Positions 1 to 13,800 are shown, numbered from the stretch's first letter. The stretch: 64,000 nt of DNA from Octopus bimaculoides (GCF_001194135.2 NC_068981.1:111028462-111092461), one strand, 5' to 3'. Notes: a model not told the origin generated them from the letters alone. Numbers and translations: made by a program.

Positions 1-67
1 ATCAATGGATGCATGCGTTTCGTTGTGGTTATCTTATCACATTGAACACTGTAGATATGTAGAACAT

Positions 68-260
68 TATCATTATCAGTCACCTGTCTTCTGTGCTGGG
101 ATGGATTTGATGGTTTGACAGGATCCAGCAGGTCAGAAGATTGCATTGTACCGAGCTCCAAGTCAGTTTTGGCATGGTTTCCACTGCTGGATGCCTTTCC
201 TAATACCAACAACAGAGTGTACTGGGTGCCTTTTTATGTTACTAACTATGTAACTTGCAA
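68..260 (-). mobile_element. Decayed RTE-type 3' tail / SINE fragment
   Basis: Contains the ...ctggatgcctttcctaataccaac motif shared with the RTE 3' ends at 8185, 47570 and 51890. Confidence 0.5.
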
Positions 261-1329
261 GATAAGATCCTCTCAACTTAGTGGGGGGTGTAGTATTGGG
301 GGAGGTGGCTTAATGCCAGGTGTTGAGAGGTAAAAGGATGATAGGTAGATAGGAACAGGTGACTTGCTGTCAAGGAGATACATAGCTACCCCAACTAGAA
401 AGGGGAAATGAAAGTTGCTGGTGTCAGGATATGCACTCAAAGCATAAGCAGGTGAATATGAAGGGGATGGGTACAGAGGAATAGGAATGATAGGCAAATA
501 AGTTTGCAAAAGTGTGAGGAGAATGATAGAGGATTAGATGTGGAGACATAAGCGAATGCAGTGAATGGCAAACAGCGGAGGAGGCATGGTCAATGATAAA
601 TATCAGTTTAGGAGGGAAGATGAAGGAAATAAGAGTGGGTCAAGGAGGAGGCAGGTGGCAGTACAGAATAAGGTGGGTCGAGAGCAACATTATAAAGAAC
701 TGTATAGGTGAAAATTAGGGGGATGATGTGAAGTGTGGATGGGAAAGGGGAATACACACCAACAGGGGTGGAGATCAGAGATAGGTTTGAGAGAGCAACA
801 AACACTGGGGGTGGGGTGGCTGATACGAGGTCTTAAATGGCAAATACAGTAGTTAGAGATGTTATTGAGAATGCAGGGTGGGTGACAAGGGGAGGTGGCT
901 CTGAAAAAGTGGGGAAAATGGTTGTATTAATGAGGGGATGACATATGTGTTTCTGTTTTCATATGATTACAATAGCTGGGTATATAATGCTGTAGTTAGA
1001 AGAGTGGTGGGTATTGGGAGGATGAATTATGAAGAAGGCTTGATAGGCTTTGGACAAAATTACGGAAATCCAACTTTTTATTTAACTATTTTTTTCTTTT
1101 GACAAATATAACAAATTTAAAACTGTTCTTGTCTAAATATGTGTTCATATGCAATATGTATACCTTGTACTTTATGATATAACCCTCTGTTTTCTTTTCT
1201 TTTTCGTTTTTTTTTTTTTTTTTTTTGAGGTATTTATATTTAAGTAAGTTAAAATGCATGACAAATCTGATTTCCAAAGAAGACAAATAAGTTGGAGTGT
1301 GGATGGTTGGAGTTTCATTCACTGAAACT

Positions 1330-2262
1330 GTTGAATTGTTTAATATTTCAAGAAGTACTGTCTCTTAAATCATGTTGGCATTTCAAAACCAAGGTATAAC
1401 TTGCTCTGACAAGCATAATTCTGAGCAGAGGCAAATTTCACTGAGAGGGACCAAAGAATAATGAAATGTATTGTGTTTAGAAATCATTAACTACTGCAGC
1501 AAAAGTGAAAGTAGAGCTAAACCCCCACCATGCCAACCCTTTGTCAACCAGAATCATTTGCTGTGAGCTCTATAAACCTGATACCATAGGTAAGCTACAA
1601 CTGCTAAACCTCTCCTGTCTCTCATTGATATTGGTAAGTGGAAAAATGGTATCCAGACAATCAGCAAGTGGCCATTTTGGAGCAAGTTTTTGTTTGGAGA
1701 CAGCGCAAAGAAGCTCTCAACTCTGTTTGGCCCCCTACCATGAAGCATAGCGGTGGCTCTGTGATTTTGGTACTCATATCACAGAATATTCTTGGCCTTT
1801 TTATTGTTCTACATGGTGGAGTTAACACCAATATTTTGGCTGATCATATCCAATCTATAGTATAGACATTGTTCCTGATGGTAGTGCAATCTTCCAGGAC
1901 AATAGTGCTATGATGAACATGATTAATATTATTCAAAGTTGGTGTGACAATCTCAAAAGTGAAGTTGACTACTTGGACTACCTCTTCTTCCCACAGTCTC
2001 TAGATCTGAATATAATCAAACATATATAGTGCATTTTCAAGCTGCAAGGAAGGAGCCACTTCACTCTGCCATCATTGCTGAAAGAGCTAAAACATGTTTT
2101 ACTTGAAGAATAGATCAGAATTTTCCTAACAACCATTCAGAATCTGTATGAGTTAATTCTAAAATGTATCAAAGCTGTGATTGATGTCCAAGATGGGTCA
2201 ACTTTGTGTTAATTATTAAAACTTCCATTTAACAAGTTGTTTCCATTATTTTGTCTTACCAT
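1330..2262 (+). mobile_element. Tc1-like DNA transposon, transposase pseudogene
   Basis: Frameshifted remnants VWRQRKEAL..PTMKHSGGSV, IFQDNS, PQSLDLNIIKH, LKELKHVLLEE match a Tc1 DD34E transposase; ends near gttgtttccattattttgtc (TIR-like). Confidence 0.8.
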
Positions 2263-3199
2263 CAGACATGAGGCAAGAGTGAAACCTTGTTTTGTCCTTT
2301 GTGTACTAAAAGGGTGCCCCTTCAACATCTCCTCAGCAACTGTCCTGGAGTCTTAGCCAATGGCCAGTACTGTTGGTGCTCAGGGTAGTTATGAAAGTGA
2401 TATTGACAGCCATTCAGTTCAGTAAATACCACCCCAGGAAAGAGGCCATCATCATTTTTCTCTGAGCTGGAGAGAAGTCCAGTTCACTGAAACTTCAACC
2501 CCACAGCCCTAGATTGGCATCTGAAAGTAGATCTTGTAGAAAGTTTCCTGGTCATATCATAGCAACAACACTCTGCCCAAATATAATGATCTCAAATTCT
2601 ACAAAGCAAGTGATCGTGTGGGAACTGAGTGTGCACTGGGAGGAACACATGAAAGAAGTTCATGTGAGGAAGCTTGCCAGATTTGGTAAAGACGTGCAGA
2701 AATTGGAGCTGGCAGGCATGCCACAAGGCAGTAGAAGTGGGCTATTGAGGTTTTGTGGTGCCTATATTCTGAAAAGCTCTGGCTGGCCTTGGAGTTACTG
2801 GTGCAGTAAAAAGGAGAAATATAAATTCTGTCTGTGAAGCTGCAAAGAAAGTTACTATGTGGCTTTGGAAAAGGGGTCAGACCAGTAGTTTGGTGCTACT
2901 AGGACGTATGCTGATTCTTGATCAACCCTGGCTGGGTCAACTAGGCAAGGAGGTCTGATGTTGAAACCCATGAGATCCTAGAAACATTACTGACAATACA
3001 TTCCAGAGATTCTATGTAAACTATATGTATGTAGTCTATACATCTATATTTGTGTATGTTTGTGTGCTTGTGTATATATATATGAATGTATGCATATCAC
3101 TTCTGTTTTCAATTATTTAAATTCTTCCTCTGAAGAAGGAGCTGGTTTCTAACAAAGACACAAAGCTCCATCTTTGGAATGTAGATAACAGAAACAATG

Positions 3200-4320
3200 T
3201 CACATTTTAAACCTGACAAAAATCTTGTATAGTTTTACTGTTCCATTTACAGATTGTATTTGTAATGTGTGAATCAGTTGGTTGATTTCTTTTTCTGAAA
3301 ATCCAAGCCTATCCAGATTGGTAGTTAGGCATTTACTTACAAAATCAAGTGCTCCAATTATTGTTGGTGTTAATGTAAATTTGTAATCCATATATAGAAG
3401 CTGGAGGTTTCAAAGCAGTTGTCCATATTTGTCTTCTTTCTATTTGATTTTCAAAGAGATGTTCACATCAGCAGGACAGCTCTTTGATGGTACATACTTT
3501 TACTTATCTGTCCCAAACAACAATATCCAGCCTGTTGTTGCTTACACTTGACAGATGCTTTGAGGGGAATGTTCCACCAGTATTCCTTGTGCTGGTGTTT
3601 GTGTACGTATTCAATAACAGGAGTATTCTCTATATTTATTCCAGGATAGTCTTTTTTCCAAATGGAATTGTATATTGTTTTTGTGACATCGTGTCATATA
3701 GGGAGGTAATATCTTGATGACATTTTTGGGCAGCTAATCACTTGTGTGATGTTTTCCACAGAAATATAAAATAATCTACATTTTCAGTTATCTTAGTTGA
3801 TTAGGTATTTAGTAGTAATCTGTTGTTCTTGGATTGCAAATGTACAGCCTTCAAAATGTGATGTGATGTAGTGGTCCAAGAAAGGCCTTACTTCATGTCT
3901 TCAAGTCTTCAAGAAACATACTCATGCATAGTCTCTTTTGGTATACTGAGTGTTTTCCCTCCAGATCTTCTTTGAGGTATGCTAGTTTGGCTGATTTGGG
4001 GTTGTATGGAAGGTTGTCAAGAACAGAGCACTTCCTGAGAAGCTCACTTCCAATATGTAAGATATTGTTTTCTTTACTTTCCAGCACTAAGTAAATGTAT
4101 TTATTTTTGCTGCTGTTGTTTAGCAAGTATTGTCTGAGAGATACTTGTGATATTTGAAGGCTGTCTGCATTGATCTCAAGCTCCTACCTCCTTATCTCTT
4201 CATTGGTAGAACCTCTTGATATCACTATTTTTGTGGAGATTTTCAGTTGATAATAGAATCTTGCAGGTTTGATGTCTTTGAAGTGAATTTCTTCTACAGA
4301 TCACTCAAGTATCCCAAATG
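3200..4320 (-). mobile_element. 3' part of a decayed REL-endonuclease (R4/Dong-like) LINE
   Basis: ORF 3200-3391 (IIGALDFVSKCL...LQIQSVNGTVKLYKIF) is a typical REL LINE C-terminus; decayed RT-thumb-like sequence near 4150-4300. Confidence 0.65.
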
Positions 4321-4598
4321 TTGGAATCAGAACTAAAACTGCAAATGTGTGTGTGTGTGTGTGTGTGCGCACGTGCACGTGTGTGTGTGTATGTGTGCAT
4401 TATGTAAGTAGGGTAAAACTGAAGCTGTATCCTCTTGAAGCACATCTGCTTATCCAAGTATTACAGTTCAGCATGTACTCGAGGTACATATTAGAGTTGA
4501 AAATTCTGAAAATATTGTTTGCAGACTTATTATATAACAAAACAGGAACTTGGAGAAATTTTTTGGCATTATAATGCTCATAAATAATTATTTATTCA

Positions 4599-4691
4599 CC
4601 ATTACATGTTTCATTTGCTAACAGGCATCACAAAATTGTACAGGTTGGATCCAACATTTAAGAAATTTCCTATTAGAAATTCTTCAGACAG
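4599..4691 (-). ncRNA. Minimal type I hammerhead ribozyme, degenerate stem I
   Basis: Minus strand: CTGAAGA (4687-4681), stem II ATTTCTAATAGG/CCTGTTAGCAAAT, GAAA (4612-4609), palindromic stem III ACATGT, GUA site; stem I only 4 bp with two G-U pairs. Confidence 0.55.
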
Positions 4692-4923
4692 ATATTCAAA
4701 CAATAGAAAATTTACATTTGGATAAAGCATTTATAAATAGTTAATAATCAAGAGTAGTATAGATAGTTGGAAAAAAGAATAAAGAACAAATCAAATGGTA
4801 AAGATAATGTGTGTGTATGTGTATGTATTGATAGATGTATATGTGCATATATATAGTGCGTATGCTGTTCCATTATGATAAGATCAACAAAAAAAAAGTA
4901 CTCTGTCTAGTGAGACACGAAAT

Positions 4924-5141
4924 TCATTTAATAAATACAATATACATTTTTATGTTCTACTATTAGTTTCATGTGCTGAAAGCTTGCTAGAACATATTTT
5001 TTAACATGTCTAGTGTCCTAACACAATCATCAGGTACTACCCTGTGCTAGGACATCAGGCATGTTAAAAAATATTGTCTAGCATGCTCTCGATACATGAA
5101 ACTAATAGTAGTACATAAAACCATATATTGTGTTTATTAAA

Positions 5142-5144
<3 letters not shown>
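4924..5144. repeat. Fold-back palindrome (about 100-bp imperfect arms, 17-nt spacer)
   Basis: 4924-5025 is the reverse complement of 5043-5144 (tcatttaataaa...aacaca / tgtgct...tttattaaatga). Confidence 0.9.
4954..5037 (-). ncRNA. Minimal type I hammerhead ribozyme inside the fold-back
   Basis: Minus strand: GTAC-CTGATGA (5033-5027), stem II TGTGTT/AGCACA, GAAA (4970-4967), stem III ACTA-A-TAGT, GUA, then GAAC (the other arm has GTAC, a perfect stem I partner). Confidence 0.7.
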
Positions 5145-5204
<60 letters not shown>

Positions 5205-5329
5205 GTAACAGGAGGGATATAATATCCAGGCAGATACCAAATTTCGCTTAGTAAAATGCCAAGACTGGTTCCTTCTGATGGTGCATTTTTCGTAATCTTC
5301 CTTTAGCTCCCATCTGACAGTTCTTGGCT

Positions 5330-5905
5330 ACTTAGAGTGTAAAGTACAATATTTATGATAAGGAGAATGATGAGAATGAGCTATTTGAACATTCACGCTT
5401 TATGTTTATCTCCAGTAAGTTCATTCATAATAATAGTCCAACACATATTTCGATCACACCAATTGCATATTCAAATCCAGCGATTTATGCATTATTAGTA
5501 TGATCTCTCCAGGACATATAAATGTGACATTTTTTGAAGAGGAATTTTCCTCCGCTATTAGTTTAAATTAGGCTTGATAGTAGTTGTAAACCATGACATT
5601 CTTCTGTGAGATGTTTTTCTCAACTGCTTATTTGGATAAAATTCAGTAGCAACAGCAGCAATATGTTTGTTGAAGTTAGCAAATGTTCTTGTCTGGGCAG
5701 GGAATGGTTACTTATAAAATACTTATTTTTGATTGATTCTTCATACTTATAGTCACAAAGTATTTTGATGGGTTTCAGAGTTGATTATATTATTTGAAAT
5801 TTGTGAAAGTTATTAATGGTAGCAATGGGTAATTACTAAGCAGTAAGAAGCATGTGGTTATTAAAAAGAAGTAGTCAGTTGTATTTTAAATTCTTCTAAC
5901 TTATT
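5330..5905 (-). repeat. Unclassified interspersed repeat; uninterrupted homolog of the Gypsy target sequence
   Basis: Its reverse complement aligns with 10408-10497 joined to 14955-15420. Confidence 0.85.
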
Positions 5906-5938
5906 ATTATTATTATTTGTGGCCAATAAAACGAATTA

Positions 5939-5983
<45 letters not shown>

Positions 5984-6689
5984 GTGTTTAAATGTTCTTA
6001 GGTTATATATAATCTTAAATTGAGTTCTATTCTTATATTCTTTATCAGCATCTTTATTATTATAGTTATTGTAGTTATGTTTAGAGAAAAAATTTATTGA
6101 AATTATGTAAATTAATGCATTCTATTATTTAATTTTTTAAAAATGAAAACGTTTGTGTAAGCAATTAAAACTTCTTTTCTGTTTAGTGTTAACTAATTTA
6201 TTTTTCGAAATAAATATTTGATATAATTCCTCCAGGTATAAATTGCATCTCTCATCTCCTATTTTATAAGGTTTCATAGTACTAAAAAAATTAAATATTC
6301 ATTCAAATAGGAAATTATTAGTACTGCAAAATCTTATAAAATAGAAACAAAAGATGCAATTTATGCCTGGAGGAATAGTACCAAATATTTACTTTGAAAA
6401 ATAGGTTAGTTAACACTAGATATGAAAGAAGTTCTAATTGCTTACACAACATTTAAAAAAAATTTAAATAATATAATGCATTAATCTATATAATTTCAAT
6501 AAACTTTTTCCTCTAAGCATAACTATAATAACAAAGACATATAAAGAATATAAGAATAGAGTTCAATATAAGATGATATATAATATAACCTAAAAACACT
6601 TTAAAACAATAATAATAACTGGACTCATGAAAAATTCACGGAAAACATAAAAAAATGTAAGCATCTGTAAACTGTATTGGTGCCATGAG

Positions 6690-6850
6690 AAATGTTTGTA
6701 TATTATGACTGTCTTTATGTTCTGAGTTCAAACTCTGCCGAGGTCGACTTCACTTTTCAGCCTTTTGGGGTTGATAAATTAAGTACCAGTTGCATACTGG
6801 GTCGATCTAATCAACTGGTCCTTCCCCACAAAAATTTCAGGCCTAGAAAA
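6690..6850 (+). mobile_element. SINE with Nin/Deu-like central domain
   Basis: gagttcaaactctgccgaggtcgacttcacttttcagccttttggggttgataaattaagtaccag; second copy at about 32890-33030. Confidence 0.55.
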
Positions 6851-7019
6851 GTATATTGTGACAGTTACAGAATATAGAAAGTAATGTAACACCAATGACT
6901 ATATAATCCAACTAAAATATCTGTTACACAAATGTAAATGGAATTACTATTTAACCTTAAAAACATCGTACATATTCAAAGAACCTTCTTGCAGAACGTT
7001 TTTCTGGTATTCTTTTATT

Positions 7020-7250
7020 CTTTTATTTGTTTCAGTCATTTGATGGTGGCCATGCTGGAGCACCACCCTTTAGTTGAAGAAATTGACCGCTGGATTTATT
7101 CCCTGTAAGCCTGGTGCTTATTCTATCAGTCTCTTCTGCTGAACAGCTAAATTACAAGGCCACAAATGCACCAATATTGATTGTCAAGCAATGGTGGTGG
7201 TGGTGGGACAAACACAGACACAAACATACACACACATACATATATATAAC
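7020..7250 (-). mobile_element. tRNA-derived octopus-type SINE, 3' part
   Basis: gtttcagtcatttgatggtggccatgctggagcaccac matches the copies at 16310, 27000 and 33300. Confidence 0.7.
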
Positions 7251-7760
7251 AGACTTGGAGGTAGTGGTGATGCTGGCTGGTGTGATTTTGTGGTTTGCTG
7301 GTATGCCGAGAGCGATCCAGCGGGCCCCTAACTGGTTCCCCAATCTTAAAGGTGTAATGCCTACGTGTAATGATGACACATCAACAAATGAGCCAGAAAT
7401 TCTAACTTAAAAAATAAAGAAAGAAAAAGACAACATTGTATTCTGAAACCAGAAAATGTTTTTTAGCTGAGGTGTAATTTTATAATGAAAACAAATTCAA
7501 AATTTAAATTTTGGAGTAAAACACCACGTATGATGTATGGCTGTAGTTGAAATGGGTTAAAACAAATGTGTGTGTGTGTGTGTGGTTGGTTGGGCCTTTA
7601 ATAGCAGTTTATGGTCAGTGGCAGAAAGCGATTCAAAATAGCAACACACACACTCATATATATACAAACATACCCATACATGCACACACATACACAAACA
7701 CATGCCTAGAGAGAGAGGCAAACAGACAGACAGTGTCAGATAGTCCACAATGAAGTCTTC

Positions 7761-7807
<47 letters not shown>

Positions 7808-8184
7808 ACTTTGCCACTGACTGGAATTGTTCTAGTTCAAGCTCTTACTTCAAGCTCTTACTCTCTTTCTCTTTCTCTCTCAGTTTTTCTTCCAAAATGA
7901 TTCAGTGTTTCAAGTGAAAAACATATAGGAATGTATTAGACAGTTTTTGTTTAGAATACAGTATCCAATATTTGTTGTGGTTGAAAACACAAAACAAACG
8001 CCACCTTCCTTTGAGTCACCAACACTCCTCTCTCATATATATATATGTTGTAGCTGTAATTCAAAGGGGCCAGCCTTGTCATATTCTGTGTGAGGCTGAA
8101 TCTCCTTGAGAGCTATGTCAATGTTACGCATGTCTGTAGAGTACTCAGCCATTTGTGAGTTAATTTTATCCTCGTGTCGTAATC

Positions 8185-9865
8185 ATCATCATCATCGTTT
8201 GACGTCCGCTATCCATGCTAGCATGGGTTGGATGATTTGACTGAGTACTGGTGAACCGGATGGCTGCACCAGCTCCAATTTGATCTGACAGAGTTTCTAC
8301 AGCTGGATGCCCTTCCTAATGCCAACCACTCCAAGAGTGTAGTGGGTACTTTTACGTGCCACCATCACGAAGGCCAGTCACGCGGTACTGACAACGACCA
8401 TGCTCAAAATGGTGTTTTTTACATGCCACCTGTATAGGTGCCAGTCCAGCAGCACTGGCAATGACCTTGCTCGAACGATTTTCTAATGTGCCACTGGCAC
8501 AAGTGCCAGTAAGGTGGCGCTGGTAACAATCACGCTCAAACGGTGCTATTTACATGCCACTTGCACGGAAGCCAGACAGCTGCTCTGGCAGTGATCACAC
8601 TTGAACGGTGCTGTTAGTGCTCTACTGGCACAGGTGCCAGTCATTGAATATGGTTTGATTACGATTTTGATTTCACTTGCCCCAACAGGTCTTCGCAAGC
8701 AAAGTTTAGTGTCCAATGAAGGAGAGGTTGGCATGGGTGCCAGTCGTTGAATTTGGTTCGATTTGGATTTCAAATTCACTTGCCTCAACAAGTCTTCGTA
8801 AGCAGAGTTTAGTGTCCAATGAAGTAAAGATAGGAATAAGTGAGCTGGCTACACTTCTGGCAGAGGCCACAGATTATGCTCTCACTTGGCTTGCCGGGTC
8901 TTCTCATGTACTGCATATTTCCAAAGGTCCCGGTCACAAGTCATTGCCTCGGTGAGGCCTAAAGTTCGAAGGTCGTGCTTCACCACCTCATCCCAGGTCT
9001 TCCTGGGTCTACCTCTTCCACAGGTTCCCTCAACCGCTAGGGTGTGGCACTTTTTCACACAGCTATCCTCATCCATTCTTGCCACATGACCATACCAGCG
9101 CAGTCGTCTCTCTTGCACACCACAACTGATGCTTCTTAGGTCTAACTTTTCTCTCAAGGTACTTACACTCTGTCGAGTATGCACACCGACATTACACATC
9201 CATTGGAGCATACTGGCTTCGTTTCTTGCAAGCTTACGCATGTCCTCAGCAGTCACAGCCCATGTTTCACTGCCATGTAGCATGCCAGTTCATAGACATG
9301 CGTCATACAGTCTACTTTTTACTCTGAGTGAGAGGCCCTTTGTCACCAGCAGAGGTAAGAGCTCTCTGAATTTTGCCCAGGCTATTCTTATTCTAGCAGC
9401 TACACTTTTAGCGCACCCTCCCCAGCTATTAACTAGATAGTGGAAGCTATCGACTATTTCTAGTTTTTCTTCCTGGAATGTGGCAAAGGTTGTTTTCTGC
9501 ACATTTTCAGTGTTTATTGCTCCTGAGCATCTGCCACATACAAAAACTATCTTACTAGTTAGCCTTCTTTGATATTGCTGCATCTCTTATGTGTCCATAG
9601 CTTGCACTGGGTACAACTTATGGAGTTTCTACCTACGACTTTTCTACAAATCGAGCAGGGCTATCTACCTGAAGGGGTTTGTGTTTTGTCTACCTTCCTA
9701 CTTATTAGGATTTTGGTTTTAGCTAGGTTGACTCTAAGGCCCTTCGATTGTAGTCCTTGCTTCCACACCTGAAACTTCTCCTCTAGTTCTGATAGTGACT
9801 CAGCAATTAGGGCAAGGTCATCAGCATAGTGGAGCTCCAGGGGCATCCTGTCTTTGACATCCAAT
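8185..9865 (-). mobile_element. 5'-truncated RTE-clade LINE (RT C-terminal half, 3' UTR, (ATG)n tail)
   Basis: ORFs 9661-9864 (LHYADDLALIAES), 9290-9583 and 8882-9283 (LHGSETWA...RLRWYGHVARM...GRGRPRKTW); catcat tail near 8185. Confidence 0.92.
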
Positions 9866-10497
9866 ATTTGCTGTGTGTATGTATCTATGTATGAACTTTT
9901 CTTTGGATTTATGTATTTACTGTCTCTCTCTCACTTTCTCTCTTTCTCTTTCACTTCGCTTGTGTCTCTCCTCTTTCCTGCTTTTGATTTAACAATGTGT
10001 ATATGTATCTATGTATCTACTTCTCTTGTGATAAATACCATCACCACTCACTGTGTCTTTCACTCTCTCTCTTTCTCTCTTTTCCTCTCTCTCTCACCCT
10101 CTTTCTTTCTCTCTTACATCCTCTCTGAAACATTTAAAAAGACAAAATGAATGCCATCACCACTCACTGTCTCTTTCACTCTCTCTCACTCTCTCTCTCT
10201 CTGAAACATTTAAAAACACAAAACGAATTCCGTCATCACTCACTGCCTCTTTTACTCTCTCTTTTTTGTCTCACTCTCTCACCTTCTCTCTTACTCTCCC
10301 TTTCTCTCTCACTCTCTCTTTTAGTTCCTCTCTGTCCTCCTCTCTCTCGCTTTAGCACTTCTTTGAAGTATGTACAAAAACAAAAAGTTAGCATATTAAT
10401 ATTATTGATAAGTTAGAAGAATTTAAAATATAACTACTACTTTTTAATAACTATAGTTCTTACTGCTTCATAATTACCCACTACTACTCTTAATAAC

Positions 10498-10816
10498 TGT
10501 TATGTCATGAGTTTGAATATCTTGCTGCCAATAATGCTATGATGACGTTAGGGTGTACACAAGAGAGTAGGAATAGTGTTACCCAAATAAATATTTGGAA
10601 ATGGTTATCTAGAATAACCATTCACAGAATTAATATGTTCATGCAGAATGTGATCCGTACTATGCTGAGTGTAGGTATGATATTAAACTAACACAGTAAT
10701 CCAATACGACCAATCAACCCTGTCAGCTGCCGACAGCTCACACATTTTCTCTATTTTATTGAAATGTATCAATCCACTTCTGGTCACATTGGGGTGGTCA
10801 GGATTCTTCCACAACA
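10498..10816 (-). repeat. 3' LTR of Gypsy element 1
   Basis: TGTTATGTCATGAG...CCACAACA, homologous to 14627-14954; adjacent PPT at 10817-10828 (minus AAAAAAGGGAGA). Confidence 0.92.
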
Positions 10817-13800
10817 TCTCCCTTTTTTGAGAATTAGCTTCCCATAACGTCCCTTTTTGAGAATTAAACTCCATCCAGAGTTTTAATATCTCTTACACTT
10901 AGGGTTTAACTCCAGTATTTCCATTGTTTTCTTTTTTCTATTACTTGAAAGTGTAGTTTCTGTTTGTTTGAGTGTTGGTACCTCAACTGTGTTGTACAGT
11001 ACTTCCATGGGAATTAAATCTCTCATGACTGTTTCTTCCATACATCTTTTTTTTAAGTTGGTTAATGTCTTTTATGTTTGACATTTTTCCTTTTACCATG
11101 AATAATATTTTTCCAATCTGTTTAATAATTACACCCAGCTTTCTTTACCATATCTATCTGATTTAAGAAAACTTTGTCACCTAATTTGAAAAATTTTGAA
11201 ATATGTTTGTTGTTCACCATTTTTCTATTTTTACTTGGTATCAACTTATCAAAGACAGATCTGATCTTTCTAGCCAACATTAACTCCGCAGGTGATATTC
11301 CAGATGGGGTATTTGGATTAGGTATTACTCGGTACACTCATAGAAATTGTTTAAGTGCTAGGCCATCCATTACGTCATTGTTTGCCTTTTTTAAAGTCCT
11401 CTTAAAAGTATCAACCAAATGCTGTGCTTGTACATTTGACCTAGGATAATACAGCAGAGGGGTCACATGTGTGATAACGAGCATTTTACAAAATTTTTTG
11501 AACTCATCTAGACACAGTGGTATCAGGAATACCATATCTGGCAAAAAATTTGTGTAAAAAAACGTACTGTAACTTCAGATGTCAGCTTTTTACACTTATG
11601 CATTTCAGGCCACTTTGAAAAACTGTGCACCACAACAAGGTAATATGAACCGTTAAGTGACCTGCATAATCAACATGCAGTCTGGACCATGAAATATCTG
11701 TTTTTGGCCAAGGCACAATCTCTGAATGCTTTCATTAGTTCTTCAATGTCATGGTCCATTGTTGGCCAAAATACATAACTTCTCATTAATGATTTCATTC
11801 TCAAAATCCCTGGGGGACCAATGTGAAATTCCTTTAGTAATTACTTCTGTAGTGTGGCTGGCACTATGACTCTTTGTGCGTACATTAACACATTGTCACA
11901 CATTGAGAACAGGTTTGAATTTGTGTTGCGTTCAGCAAAAGCCATGTTTTTATCTCTTTTAGCTGTCAGTTTTTCTTTCATTTTCATTCTTTCAATTATT
12001 TTTGTCGTAAAAAATTTCAGAGATTTTTACACAGTAGAAATTTTTGATTACAGACTGCTCATCATAATAACAGATGATGATCAGTCTGTAGACAAAAATT
12101 TCTACTATGTAAAAATCTATGAACTTTTTTTTATAGCAAAAATAGTTGCTAGAGTCTCTCTTTCAATTTGGCTGTAATTTTTTTCTGCTCATATCAGAGA
12201 ACATGAGGCATGAACCATGGTATTCATGTTACCATCTTATATTTATGAAGGATTATTGCTCCAATACCATACCTAGAGGCATCTGAAGCTACTACAATCT
12301 CCACCACAGGATTGAAATGTGCTAAAGAAAAATCTAATGTTAATATCTTTTTAATTTTGTTAAACACCTTCTGATGATTTTCAGACAAATTCCACTTTAC
12401 ATGTTTTTTTAGTAGATTATTTAGTGGGACTCTTACCTTATGTATTTTTGGTATATAAATTTGTTAATAGTTTGGAATCTCAGAAAAGCTTGTAAGGTAG
12501 ATATATTTGTTGGAGGGGGCATATTTTTAATCGCATCTACTCTTGGCAGATCTGATTGATCTCCATTTTTATCAATGATTTGTTCTAAATATTTCATTTG
12601 AGGTATGAAAAATTCACACTTCTCCTCACTCAAAGTGAAGCCATAATCCCTTAGTTTTTCAAGCACATATTTTACGTGCTTGACATGCTGATCCTGGGAT
12701 TTACTTTTAATTAATCATCCAGGTAGGCCATCATGAAGTCACACTTTGCAAGCATCATCTGTTGAAATTTATCTGCAGCAACTTTTATACCAAACAGAAG
12801 CTGGTTAAACTTGTACAGACCTTTATGTGTATTGATTGTTAGTAGCTTAGAACATTTTTCTTCCACTTGTATCTGTAAGTATGCATCAGACAAATGTAAT
12901 TTTGAGAACAATTTACCACCATTTAGTTTTGAGATTTCCTCTGGGTTAGGTAATGGATAGTTATACTGTTTTGAGCTTTCATTTTGTCTTGTTGAGAAAT
13001 CTGCACAAACACTTATTCTATTGTTCTTCTTTTTAACATATACACTTGAACTCACTCAATCTGAGTAATCCATCTTTTCAATCACTCCTATTTTTTCCAG
13101 TCTGTCTAATTCTTTATTTGCCTGTTCCAGTGCTGCAAATAGAACATTATGTTTGGGTTTCAAAACTGGTAATACATTTTCTTTCACCTGAAATCTGGCT
13201 TTGAGTTTATTGCACTGACCCAACTCTTCCAAGAAAACATCAGAGCGCAATCTTTCCATTTCTTTAAAAACATTTTCTGACTCTATGTTTGAACTGGTGC
13301 ATGACCCCATTACATTTTTACAAAAATTATTTATGGGTAAATCCCATAACTTGACCAGTTCCATCCAGTCAGTTCCAAAAATGTTGCTTGTATTTTTTAA
13401 TACATTAGCTTTCATGTTTATAGTCTGACCACGAAATATGTTACAAATGATTTTACCATAAAAAATTAATTTAATCCCCAAGACACCATGGGCAATTTTC
13501 AATGTTTTCTGCAGTGTAGGTTTCCCAATTTTTTTCTACGGGTTTTTATTAATTAAAGTAATGTCCCTATCTGTATTTAACTATAATTTTACATTTATAT
13601 TGTTAATTTTACATACACAAATTTCGTTTGGGGTTCATTTGTATTTCTTGTTGCCAATATACTGTTTAAGTGATTTTTTTTCTGTTGAACTGTTTTTTTA
13701 GATTTTGATTTACAGTGTTTTTTTGTGACCTATCTTACCACACTTTCAGCATTTTCAATTTTTATAAGGACAGTTGAATCTATAGTTTATTCTCCACATC

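Noticed and set aside
290-960. Purine-rich stretch as a minus-strand Penelope fragment
   Set aside because: There is only faint resemblance (LVTHP versus LTYHP) and no diagnostic motif, so it is left unclassified.
3125-3205. CTGAAGA ... GAAACAATGTC as another hammerhead
   Set aside because: Stem III (ACA-A-TGT, GUC) looks right, but stem I does not pair and the stem II hairpin does not abut GAAA. At most a broken remnant.
8340-8640. Regular repeats as a CRISPR array
   Set aside because: The units are diverged tandem repeats without unique spacers, lie in a eukaryotic LINE 3' UTR, and there are no cas genes.
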